Below, piece by piece: positions 1-10,447 of a stretch of DNA of 35,406 nucleotides. Position 1 is the first letter of the stretch; every line of letters starts with the position of its first letter. The position numbers were made by a program, and so were the translations under genes. Under the pieces are notes generated by a model, which worked only from the letters and a program-made list of their open reading frames with translations, was not told where the DNA came from and searched no databases. The DNA is from Octopus sinensis (Eukaryota), in NCBI RefSeq assembly GCF_006345805.1, contig NW_021828065.1, forward strand, positions 1 through 35,406, given 5' to 3'.

Positions 1-87
1 CACACTCACATACATTCATTGATATTATGCCTTTGGCTGATCAGAAAATTGTGATCCTTTTGTCAGAGGAAAATTGAAGAAAACCCC

Positions 88-213
88 TCATATATATATA
101 TATATATAGAATTTATTTATACATACATAATATATATATACACACATATATATATATACATTATATGCATATATATATATACACACATATATATACATAT
201 ATGGTATATATAT

Positions 214-248
<35 letters not shown>

Positions 249-294
249 CATACATATATATATATAATATATACATACATATATATATATATAT

Positions 295-368
<74 letters not shown>

Positions 369-414
369 GTATAAATATATAATAAATATATATATATATT
401 ATATATATATATAT

Positions 415-450
<36 letters not shown>

Positions 451-460
451 AATATATATA
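88..460. repeat. (TA)n/(CA)n compound microsatellite
   Basis: Direct reading. The overlapping YIYI ORFs are artefacts of the repeat. Confidence 0.95.
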
Positions 461-520
461 TTACTCTTTTACTCTTTTACTTGTTTCAGCCATCGGCCGA
501 GGCCATGCTGGGGCACCGCC
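461..520 (-). mobile_element. 3' tail fragment of SINE family A (tRNA-derived, octopus OR-like)
   Basis: ttactcttttacttgtttcagcc...ggccatgctggggcaccgcc matches the tail of the full copies at 19627-20033 and 31468-31871. Confidence 0.75.
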
Positions 521-1852
521 CTTGTTGCTACCTCTCTAAGTCCAGTTTGCCGTGGCTGGCCACTGATCTAAGAGAGAGTTTGTAGCTGCTGCCCTTAGGT
601 TACCTTCGTACCTTGCAGTGGGTCATCTGGGATCCCGGAAAGCAGCTTGTCTAGATGTTTTTTGAAAATGTCCACATCCGCATCATGTAGATCTCTTAGT
701 TTTCTTGGCAGTTGTTGAAAAGCTGAGGGCCCTGAACCCCAGGCTATTACAGTATCTGCTCCTTACCCTGGATGTGGAAGACGGGACCTTTGGCACCACA
801 CACTGACGTCCTGTACGGGGATTGGAACAGTTCTCAATTCCAAAAATTGGTGCTAGTCCCTCCAGGATTTTCCATATATATCATTGCATATCTCTCTCGT
901 CTTCGTTCCAGGGAGTACAAATTGAGTTCCCTAAGCCTCTCCCAATAGTTTTTTCTTTCATGGTGGAAATCCTCTTGGTGAAATGTCTTGGATTGTCTCA
1001 AGCTCTGTGGTTAGTTTGAACACTATGCGGTGACCACAGTTGGGAGCAGTAGTCCAGGCGGCTTAGGACAAATGTCCTCCATAGTGTCAACATGGTCTCG
1101 CAGTCTCTTGTCCGGAATGTCCTCAGGATCCAGCCAGTGAGTCGTTGCACATTGTCGCCACCTTCGCGATGTGTGAAGAAAAAAAGATGCATCGTCACTC
1201 ATGTCTATCCCCAGGTCCCGTATTGATTTCGATACTGGGATTTCGATCCCTCCTGGACCAGTATAGTTGTGTTGTAATGTATATGTGTTTACAGCTTGAT
1301 ATTGTAAGGCTTGAATTTACCAGCATTAAATTGCATGTTGTTGTCTTCAGCCCATTTGTATATGGCATCCAGATCTTGTTGTAAAAGGTCAGCATCAGCT
1401 GGGTTTTGATTGCCTGTGCTACCTTTGTGTCATCAGCATAGCTAGTGAGGGATGTGTTTGTGCTACCAAGGGCATGTCAGAGAGCGCCACCAAAAACAGC
1501 AAGGGTCCCAAGACTGTGCCCTGTGGCACCCCGCTTGCTATTGGTGTCTTTCCCGAGAGGGCTCCATTGGCTGCAACCATCTGGCTTCTGTCCTTCAGGA
1601 AGTCATGTATCCACTCACCTACTTTTCCTGTTATGCCGAGTCTGAGTAATTGTGACATATCAACCGTGGTCGATTTGTCAAAGGCCTTCGCAAAGTCGAG
1701 ATATACCACATCCACCTGTGAGCGATCCAGTAGTTGTTTCAGTAACCAGTCGTAGTGTGTGTTGTAACAGCTGCGTAAGGCAGCTTCTTCCTGGGTGAAA
1801 GCCCATGCTGTGTGTCAGTGAGACGGTTAGTTTCTTCGAGGAACGTGATCAG
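521..1852 (-). mobile_element. CR1/L2-group non-LTR retrotransposon, degenerate 3' part of ORF2 (reverse transcriptase)
   Basis: Minus-strand RT motifs across frameshifts: QHGFHPGRSCLTQLL, DVVYLDFAKAFDK, SGVPQGTVLGPLLFLV, YADDTK (tatgctgatgacacaaag, ~1423-1440), and FVLSRLDYCSQLWSP. Confidence 0.88.
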
Positions 1853-2092
1853 TTTTTTTCTTTTTTTTTCTTTTTTTTTCTTTTTTTTATATATATATAT
1901 ATTACATAATATATATATGTATATATATATATATATATATACATATATATATTATATTATACATATATAATATATATATACATATATATATATATATACA
2001 CACACAAATATATATACTTATGTGTATATATATACACACACACACATATATATGTATATATATAACATACCATATATATATATGTATATGGG

Positions 2093-2170
<78 letters not shown>

Positions 2171-2200
2171 TATATATAAATAATATATATATATGTATAT
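1853..2200. repeat. poly-T followed by (TA)n/(CA)n microsatellite
   Basis: Direct reading. Confidence 0.95.
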
Positions 2201-2980
2201 ATTATATAAAAGGGCTTAGTAAAATAAATTACTTTGCCGCATACTGAATCATTAGAAATAGCAGCTAAAAAAACTTTTTTAAAACTATTTCCAATACTTA
2301 AAGAAAAAACCTCTCTCATATAGTGTTTGCTCAGTTCAACTCACGAAAGTATCGGGGTAAAGACGTTAAAATATCAGATGCAAAGGTTATTTGAGAATGT
2401 ACGTTTCAAGATTAGTCAAAATCGACATTTCTATCATCAGCTCAGAATTCCCTGGTTTGGATTTGAAAACACTGAAAGTGGGAGCATACCCTTTCGGCTT
2501 GTTATCGCTTCTGAAGATCTGCCCGAAACTAACAGTGGCAACAAACTCAAATATGCAAGCGAAGAATTTCTGCTCTCCCCTTTCCACCAGCGTGGGTTAA
2601 AATCAGCAAACACTATGCTTTTTTCGGTAAAATCCGAGACATATGATGATAGAAGTGTCGATTTTGACTAATCTTGAAACGTACGTTCTCAAATAACCTT
2701 TGCATTTGATTTTTTAATGTCTCTACCCCCATACTTTCGTGAGTTGAACTGAGCAAACACTATATGAGAGAGGTTTTCTTTAAGTATTGGAAATAGTTTT
2801 AAAAAAGTTTTTTTAGCTGCTATTTCTAATGAGTTCAGTATGCGGCAAAGTAATTTATTTTACTAAGCCCTTTTATATAATGTAATAATTTGAATTCGCC
2901 TTAAATGGTCCCTTTGCAACTGAATACTTGGTGAAATTGATTAATTAATTAATTTACCCTCAACTGTTGAATATAATAAT
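2201..2980. mobile_element. Inverted-repeat element: ~240-bp arms (2201-2439 and 2644-2881) around a ~205-bp spacer; probable Penelope-like pseudo-LTR pair
   Basis: attatataaaagggcttagtaaaataaattactttgccgcatactgaa... is the reverse complement of ...ttcagtatgcggcaaagtaatttattttactaagcccttttatataat, with scattered mismatches along the arms. The inverted repeat is seen directly. The Penelope assignment is inferred from the hammerhead motif and the inverted arrangement. Confidence 0.7.
2392..2444 (-). ncRNA. Minimal type I hammerhead ribozyme-like motif (partial second copy on + strand, 2644-2691)
   Basis: The minus strand reads tgag-CTGATGA-tagaaatgtcgattttgactaatctt-GAAAC-gtac-ATT-ctca, and the + copy ends GAAAC-gtac-GTT-ctca. 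Stem I is tgag/ctca, stem II is aga..gtc/gac..tct, and helix III is very short with a palindromic GTAC loop. Confidence 0.55.
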
Positions 2981-3011
2981 ATATATATATATATATGTCT
3001 TTATTTATTAA

Positions 3012-3189
3012 TTTTGTTAATCATTTGCCTGCTGCCATGCTTGAGCACCGCCTTTAGTAAGACCAGTGCTTATTCTATAGGTCTCTTTCGCCGAACCGCT
3101 AGGTTACGGCGACGTAAACACACCAGCTTCGGTTGTCAAATGATGTTGGTGGGGACACAGACACAAAACATACACACACACACACACAT

Positions 3190-3240
<51 letters not shown>

Positions 3241-3412
3241 TACATATGACGGGCTTCTTTCAGTTTCCGTCTACAAAATTGACTCACAAGCCTTTTGTCA
3301 GCCTGAGGCTATAGTAGAAGACACTTGCCCAAGGTGCCACGCAGTGGGACTGAACCCGGAACCATGTGGTTGGTAAGGAAGCTACTTACCACACAGCCAC
3401 TCTTGTGCCTAT
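3012..3412 (-). mobile_element. SINE family A copy (tRNA-derived head, internal CA/TA microsatellite)
   Basis: The minus-strand head has A-box-like tggctgtgtgg and B-box-like ggttcagtccc, followed by ccttgggcaagtgtctt. It is collinear with the copies at 19627 and 31468. Confidence 0.9.
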
Positions 3413-3417
3413 AAAAT

Positions 3418-3480
3418 GAAAAGACACACGAAATACCATTAAACATTTTGTCCGCCATGCAAACGATTCTGCCAGCTCGT
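3418..3480 (-). mobile_element. 5' fragment of SINE family B
   Basis: cattttgtccgccatgcaaacgattctgccagctcg matches the family B head at 13125-13168. Confidence 0.65.
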
Positions 3481-3504
3481 ATATATATATACATACATAT
3501 ACAT

Positions 3505-3539
<35 letters not shown>

Positions 3540-3553
3540 CTATGTATGTATAT

Positions 3554-3751
3554 CAGTAGTTCCCAATGCTTCTGCACTTGCGACCCCTTAGCCAAAAGCT
3601 TGAAGCCCATGCGACCCCCGACTATCAACAGCTTGATTTACATTTTAATTATTTAATACTATACCAAGCCACTTCCAGCAAGGCTACGTGACCCTACTAC
3701 CAAGGTTTGACGACCCCTCAGCGGTCGGCAAGGACGGGTTGGGAACCCCTG
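3554..3751. mobile_element. hAT (Charlie-like) non-autonomous MITE, ~198 bp
   Basis: Imperfect terminal inverted repeats (TIRs) cagtagttcccaa / ttgggaacccctg. The flanking 8-mers atgtatat / atatatat are compatible with an 8-bp TSD with one mismatch, but lie in low-complexity sequence. Confidence 0.65.
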
Positions 3752-3819
<68 letters not shown>

Positions 3820-3824
3820 CATAC

Positions 3825-3867
<43 letters not shown>

Positions 3868-3895
3868 TAGATAGATAGATAGATAGATATATATA
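3752..3895. repeat. (TA)n/(GA)n/(GATA)n microsatellites
   Basis: Direct reading. Confidence 0.95.
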
Positions 3896-4484
3896 TTACC
3901 TCCGAAACACGCATTAAATCGAACCAGGGGCAGCTGATGAAGTGGAATTTTCCTTGTATTGTTTGTCCTGTACTCTGTTTTTTCGTTGTTAAAAAAAGTC
4001 TGTTTCCTTGTTTGATTTTATGTTTTTGTTTCTCGTTGTGTTCTACGTTTATTTGTGGTGTCCTGTACTCATATATATCTATATATGCTCGTATATATAC
4101 ATGTAGATGTAAGTACGTACATATATGTATGTATATATGCATATATTTTATCTATTTATTATATTGTTATTATATGACCGAACGCACGCGTCGTTTCTCT
4201 TCTCCAAGTTTTTATTTATATATATATATATTTATATATACTCATACACACACACACACACACACGCATGCACACATACATATACATGCATGCAGATACG
4301 TATACAAAAACACCCCAAAATACTGATAAAGTGTTTGTGAAACCGTTGTGCAATTATGCAAGAGAAACCAGTTGCTCCCTCCATCCTCTTCGTTAATTGG
4401 AATATAAACTCTTCCGATATTTACGTTTGTTCAAAGATATCATCATCGAAGCAATCCCTTTTCGCTGTGTAACAACCCTTTCCA

Positions 4485-4600
4485 CTGTTTGCCCAAAGCT
4501 TGAAATTTTGGTGGAGGGGATTAATTGATTACACTGATCCCCAGTGTTTCTCTGGTACTTTATTTATCGATCCCCAAAGGATGAAAGGCAAAATTGACCT
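4485..4600 (-). mobile_element. SINE family B 3' half
   Basis: tgaaattttggtggagggg...ccccagtgtttctctggtactttatttatcgatccccaaaggatgaaaggcaaaattgacc is shared with the copies at 5022, 17045 and 33410. Confidence 0.75.
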
Positions 4601-4775
4601 TTTTTTTCACTTTTAAACTTTTTATGGATTTCTACTTGGATAGAATTACTGTAGCGTTAATAAGTTCACATAAAGAAATCTATGATTTAAACGGATTATT
4701 AAGATATATCCGAGCGAATCTCTGTCAACTTCTCACTTGGAATCTTTCAGTGTCCGAGTTGCAATTAGTGCCACT

Positions 4776-4948
4776 TCTCTCTCTCTCACTCTCTCTCTCT
4801 CTATCTCTCTCTCTCACTCACTCTTTCTCTCTCTCTCTCCCTCTCACTCTCTCTCCATCTCTATCTCTCCCTCACTCACTCTCTCTCTCTCACTCTCTCT
4901 CTCACTCACTCTCTCTCTCTCCCTCACTCACTCTCTCTCTCTCTCTCA
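4776..4948. repeat. (CT)n/(CTCA)n microsatellite
   Basis: Direct reading. Confidence 0.95.
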
Positions 4949-5021
4949 TTTTCGCTCAGTTTAGAGATGTTCCCCTTTACCTCATATATTTACTCAGTTA
5001 TCCCATTGAGCAAAACAGGAC

Positions 5022-5241
5022 AATAATAATGATTTCTAGCATAGGTACAAGGCCTGAAATTTTGGTTTAGGGGTCTAGTTGGTATCACCGACCCCAGTAC
5101 TTGACTGGTTATTATTTTGTCGAACCAGAAAGGAGGAAAGGCAAAGTTGACTTCGGCGGGATTTGAACTCAGAACGTAGAGATTCACTACATGTTGCTAT
5201 GCAGTTTACATGGCGTGCTAATGATTCTGCTAACTCGCCGA
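5022..5241 (-). mobile_element. SINE family B near-full copy (tRNA-derived, (TTA)n tail)
   Basis: Minus-strand head ggcgagttagcagaatcattagcacgcc...gttctgagttcaaatcccgccg has A/B-box-like motifs. Body and tail match the other copies. Confidence 0.85.
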
Positions 5242-5244
5242 CGA

Positions 5245-5690
5245 TGTCCTCCTTTTCCCAGAGAATCAAATCCCATTTGCTCGCCACAAATCCTCTGTCA
5301 AAATCCAATATAGAACTTCCAACAGCTACATTATCCCACTGGTAGAGGATCGCCAGGGCTCGACCATATTCCAGCTGTTTCGGCCTCCGATTGAGAGAAA
5401 CTGGGGGGAAACAGCGACCACACATGTTCACCGTCAAGGAATCGATGGAGAGAGGTCGCAGCCTCAGTGCATACCTGCGTGTAATCAGCTACAGCATGTC
5501 CAGTCGTTCGTTGAGCAGGTGTTGACAGCAAATGCAGCGCTTGGCCAGTGGAATGCATCCGTCGCACAGAGAGCGGAATGGCAAGCGCTCCAGGTCGGTT
5601 AGACTTGAAATGAGGCGAGGCACAACGGTCAGGCAGTAATATATGATGGAGCTAATGTAAGTGTTCGCCAAATCCGTCTGACCAGTTAAG
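5245..5690 (-). mobile_element. L1/Tx1-clade ORF2 fragment (region C-terminal to RT)
   Basis: ANTYISSIIYYCLTVVP...LERLPFRSLCDGCIPLAKRCICCQHLLNERLDML...RRYALRL...RFLDGEHVWS resembles the Tx1/L1 'F.FLW....P.V.R........GGLG' segment, with stops and frameshifts. Confidence 0.6.
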
Positions 5691-5879
5691 GATTATTTTT
5701 TTTTCCTCAGCCTTTTTACTAGGCTTCAAGGCACTTGGCTACTCTTTCTAGCGCGGGTAGGTAGGAACCGATGGAGGGTTCACGCGTCCTTGTTTCCCGG
5801 CCCTCAACATTTAGGATAGGAATAAACAAAAGAAGCCCCGGAATAACATGTTTGTTAAGAGACGGAAAGACAGTTTGTT

Positions 5880-6410
5880 TCATATGAGAAACAATGCAAT
5901 TCTGTGGGTATTTAGTTGTTGTTTCTAGCATGATGTGAGTCTACTTATAGGATAATATTTTATAATTAATTCTAAAAGTGTCCTTCATATTTATACACAT
6001 AAACACTACACGGAAATTGAAAGGTTCTTGTTTGTTATGTCTACCATGATGTGAGACCCCACCTGTAGTACAATATTCTTACAGATGCTTCGTCCTCAAG
6101 TGTCCTTCAATTTTTATACACATCACATCACAGATTTAAGGCCATGTGGTTGCTATTTCTCGCAATATGTGGGACCATATATTGTTCATTATATTTTAGA
6201 AATGGTTAAGTGTCCTATTTGCATACGAGAAATCGAAACCAATTTGAAGGCTCTTGCTTAATGTAGTCTAGCATGAAGAATGACCATATATGGCACAAAT
6301 TCTTAAGGTGTCCTTCCAATTTGTATAAAAATCAACGCAAATTTTAGGGTAGTTGACTGTTATTCCTAGCGTGACGCAAAATCACATGTAGCGAATTTCT
6401 TTCCGTAAAT
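5880..6410. repeat. Highly diverged tandem array, ~5 units of ~100-118 bp
   Basis: tctagcatga-like blocks at 5924, 6040, 6158, 6267 and 6365 alternate with agtgtccttc-like blocks at 5977, 6099, 6209 and 6307. Confidence 0.7.
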
Positions 6411-6937
6411 CTTTCTTAAATTCTTGTTCAATACCCACAGTATTTAATTATATGAATTATGAACTACAAAATTAATTAATTTTCTTTCGAATCCAAATTT
6501 ATAACTGTTTGAAGGGAGGTAATTCTATACCTTTCGAAGACAGTTGTAGCCTCCCTTGGAACTACAAGATTTTTGACTGGGCGGTACTCTGTGTGTGTGT
6601 GTGTGTAACATTCGTGGTGGGAGGGAAGAAGAGAGGGAAAAGAAAAATATGTTAGAGAGGGATAGCGAGAGGGGGAGGGACATAAGATGAAAGAAAAATG
6701 TTTAGTAAAAGAGAGAGAAAAGCTGAGAGAGAGAGAGCTAATGATAAAGAGAGTGAGAAAAAGCAAGAGAGGTGGAGTAAAGTCGGGAGGAGAGAGAGAG
6801 AGAGAGAGAGATTATGTGTGTTCGCCATCTAAATATTGCATAAGGGGAAGAACAACACAAATTTGTGACGACTTAGCTGTTATTTCGAGCATTATATGAA
6901 ACCATATATGTAAAAAGTATTTTTATAGAATGCCTTT

Positions 6938-7052
6938 TACGGGGGTCGGCTGAAAGGTCCATAGGCTGACCAAGATTCTCTCACGGAAGGTGACCAAATG
7001 GGGTTTATTTTCCGATATAGTCCCCCCCCCTTGAAGTCCCCACATTTCTTCT
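6938..7052 (-). mobile_element. mariner-family terminal fragment (one TIR)
   Basis: TA-cgggggtcggctgaaaggtccataggctgacc resembles mariner TIRs (TACGAGGG...AAAAG...), followed by sequence typical of the transposase 3' end in reverse. Confidence 0.55.
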
Positions 7053-7874
7053 AAACAAAACAAGAAAAAAGATCGCTTGTCTCTCTATCTCCCTTCTTCC
7101 TTTCTTTATCCCTTTTTTTCTCTTTTCTCTTCTTTCTCTCTTACCTTCTCTCATCGCATATTTCCTCTTTTTCTATTTACACACACACACACACACACAC
7201 ACAAATAACAAAGCAAAACAGATTTCAACAAAAGACAAAGTTTCCTGTAAAACTCAAATCTGACAAGTTCCAATGAATGAGATGAAAACACTAATAACGA
7301 ATTATCCAAAATTCTCGCAAACTCCCATTTTTAAAGCATAAAATCTGTACATCACTACAAACAGTCTATCTATTTATCCGTCTATCTGCCTCTCTGTCTA
7401 TCTACCTATCGATATATCTATCTGTCTCTCTCTCTATCCATCCATCTGTGTGTGTGTGTGTGTATATATGCTGTCTTGACCGAGCTAATTTTCTGTTAAT
7501 GGTATATGAATGGTTATCTCCCTTTAGTTGAATGTCTCTACGTTAATCCATCCGTGTGTGTAGTTAGGTGGGTAGGTATGCGTATACAGGGGTTGATGAA
7601 AAGTACCGGCATGACCACTGCTGCAGAGGACTGGCTGGAGACCGAACCAGCTGTGTTTTCTTTTTCCCAGGGCTTAGAAAAACTGAAGGGCCACTGCAAC
7701 AAGTGTGTGAATGTGAGAGGGGAGAATATGTTGAATAGAATGCTAATGAAGTGATTCGTCTCTATTTTGTTTTACCTGAAGCCAGAAACATTTCAATACT
7801 CCCTCGTCTGTAGACACACATACACACACACACGCATGCACACATACACAAACGCATACATATACACGCACATG

Positions 7875-9035
7875 ACAGGTGGACCTTTTCAGGCTGACCT
7901 GAACAGTGTTGGGACATGGGAGGACGAAATCAGGGAAATGGACCAGCTCCAGAGAAAAGGTAGAAGCTTTTCTGGGTGGAGGGGGAGAGATCTACAACCA
8001 TAACCTCAGAAATCAAGCTCCTAATGTTAACCCAAAAGTCTGTAGAGCTGAAATACCAGGAAATGAGTTCAACGTCAGTTGTCCATTCTGGAAAGAAGTG
8101 GGACGAGTGGTTGTGAAAGGGGCCAGATCAGGATCAGCTCCTGTCTAAGTGGTGTACCTTATAAAGTATACAAGAAATGCCCATGGCTCCCTCAGAGGCT
8201 GTGGACACTATTCTGAAAGATCTGGACAAATAGTATCATTCCACCGAAAGGAAGTTTTGTGCTGCCAAAGGAAGAAAACTCATCAGCCATTAACAAATTC
8301 AGGACCATTCTCCTTCCTGAGTGTTGAGGGAAAAACCTTCTGTACTGACCAAAAGGGTGACCTCATACAATGAGTATATAAACACCTCTATCCAGAAAGT
8401 GAGGGTCTCGGGTTTCTCGGGCTGTCTGGAACACAACCAGCTGATTCGGGAGGCCAAAAGAAGTAAAGGTGACATGACAGTGGCTTGGTTGGATCTGGAA
8501 AATGCATGTGGATCAATTCCTCACAGCCTCATCCAAGCAGCCCTTGACTGTTACCATATTCCTCACCTGTTGAGGGAATAATCAGCAATCACTTTGGAGG
8601 CATCGAGTTATGTTTCAGAACAGCCCACTTCACAAGTCAGTGGCAAGACCTTGAGAAAGGAATCATAACTGGTTGCACAATCTCCCTCATTCTTTTCATC
8701 ATGGCTATGAATCTCCTCGTGTCAGCTGCTGAAAATGAAGGCCAAGGACCAACAATGGAATCAGGCAGCTGTCAGCAGCCAATAAGGGGTTTCATGGATG
8801 ATATCACGGTAACAACTACACCCATGTGGAGGCAGAAATGGTGCTGACCTCATTTGAACACATGGTAATATTCGTTAGAAAGAAGTTTAAGCCTCCCAAA
8901 TATAGGGGTATGGTAACCAGAAGAGGTAAAGTAACAAACAAAATTAAGCTACAAGTGCAAGGAGAAGCCATACCATCAACAGAGGAAAATCTGATTAAAT
9001 GTCTTGGAAAGATGTTTGAGAAGTCGCTCTGTCAG
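7875..9035 (+). mobile_element. HERO-like (R2-group) non-LTR retrotransposon RT pseudogene
   Basis: Motifs over several frames: ARSGSAP, SFLSVEGK, YINTSIQK..SGFSGCLEH, VAWLDLENACGSIPH, GIITGCTISLILFIMAMNLL, FMDDITV, KFKPPK, IKCLGKMF. The RT call is solid; the clade is from recognition only. Confidence 0.78.
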
Positions 9036-9039
9036 AAGC

Positions 9040-9205
9040 AATTGCTTGCGATACCAGAGGGTGCACACTCTCCTACCCTGATGTAATCTCCAGGGATACA
9101 GGCATCGAGCAAACAGACCTCCGTAATGCTATGATGGACCGTGAGGCCTGGCGTAACATAGTAAATTCCATTGTCTCGACCACGGTCGAACAATGATGAT
9201 GATGA
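9040..9205 (+). mobile_element. 5'-truncated RTE-like LINE 3' end with (TGA)n tail
   Basis: Reads TLSYPDVISRDTGIEQTDLRNAMMDREAWRNIVNSIVSTTVEQ* directly followed by tgatgatgatga. DR..WR is the RTE C-terminal signature. Confidence 0.75.
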
Positions 9206-9651
9206 AAGGAAATGTTCGAATTGCCCCTTTGAACGTTTTCTTCTACGATTATGCCAATTCTTCCTGCCCAAGTCAGTAACTGACTTATTTCTTCAGTTAT
9301 AAATGAGGGTGTTCAGATCGAATTGAAAAAAATATATCTTACACCATGTGCTATTCCGCTAGCACGATCATGGCTGATATTAGTAACAACACCGATGTGA
9401 ACAAAAGCACAATACCTGTAAGGAAACCTGCACTGGGTCAAACGGCCTGAGATATGATGTGGATGTATTTTGTATGATAGTTTAAAAATCTATACATATA
9501 AATATGACATGGGCGATTCTTTCTTGTCTTGGGATTCACGGTCAAACGGCTGGGTGGAATTGCGCGAAAAATTACTCATCGATGTGTAGAAAGATCAGGT
9601 GGTGTTGCTGGGCTTTGTATTTTTTCATAGCTCCCATGGTTACTGAGATAA

Positions 9652-10303
9652 TCTACTATAATAATACTCTTGCGTTTATGAATGAGAAAGGAAGGAGTGA
9701 TAGATGAATAAGGAAGGAAGGGGTGATGTGACACTTGGTAGTGGGATGAGGAAAATTGTACGCTGGAAAAATAAATCAAACAGCGTTTCAACTCTGTGTG
9801 AATATATGTGTGTATGTAAAAGGGGGGTATGTGAATGTGTGTGGGGGGGGGGGATTTTTTGTGAAGTTCTCCTTTGTAGTGTTTCAGTTATTTGGTTTTC
9901 AGTTTCAAATGGGTTTTTTTCTTTTCGTTTTAAATTTTGTGTAATATTTCGCATTGAGTTTGCGGTATTTAATGTTTTTCAGTTATTATTTTTTTTGTTG
10001 ATTTTTGACCTTTGAAAATTTAAAAGATTTCTTTACCTATTTTTTTATTTCTTTTAATTTTTGTTTTATTTTTTATGTTTGTTTCTGTTGTTTTGCATCT
10101 TTGTTCGCTTAGTATTTGGGTTTATTTTTGATTTGGTTGAATCTTGGTTGTTTTTTTTTGTTGGTCAGTTATTTTTAGCGTTTTGACAGAAAAAAAGTCA
10201 TTCTAAAATTGCTTTTTTAACGTAAGCGTGCCCAAACAAGTCGAATGCTTACACAGAGCAGGTTTTACAGCCACATCATCCAAACCGACCGGGTGAAACC
10301 GGG
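9652..10303 (+). mobile_element. Possible non-autonomous Helitron-like element
   Basis: Starts a|TCTACTATAATAATA and ends in a short GC hairpin accgggtgaaaccggg. The expected CTRR terminus is not clean because a SINE fragment follows. Confidence 0.35.
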
Positions 10304-10409
10304 CTTAGCGGTTCGGCAAAAGAGACTGAGAGAATATGTACCAGGCTTAAAAAAGTACTGAGCTCAATTTGTTCGACTTAACCCTTTCGAGGCGGTGCTT
10401 CAGCATGGC

Positions 10410-10411
<2 letters not shown>
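10304..10411 (+). mobile_element. SINE family A-related 3' fragment
   Basis: cttagcggttcggcaaaagagac...ggcggtgcttcagcatggccac matches 19899-20003. Confidence 0.7.
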
Positions 10412-10440
<29 letters not shown>

Positions 10441-10447
10441 GTATATA

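Noticed and set aside
2511-2545. Third hammerhead (ctgaaga-tctgccc-gaaac) in the spacer of the inverted repeat
   Set aside because: No convincing stem II, cleavage triplet or stem I pairing.
88-4340. Many YIYI/HTHT/RERE ORFs (also 4594-5070 and 33952-34519)
   Set aside because: These are translations of dinucleotide microsatellites that lack stops by construction.
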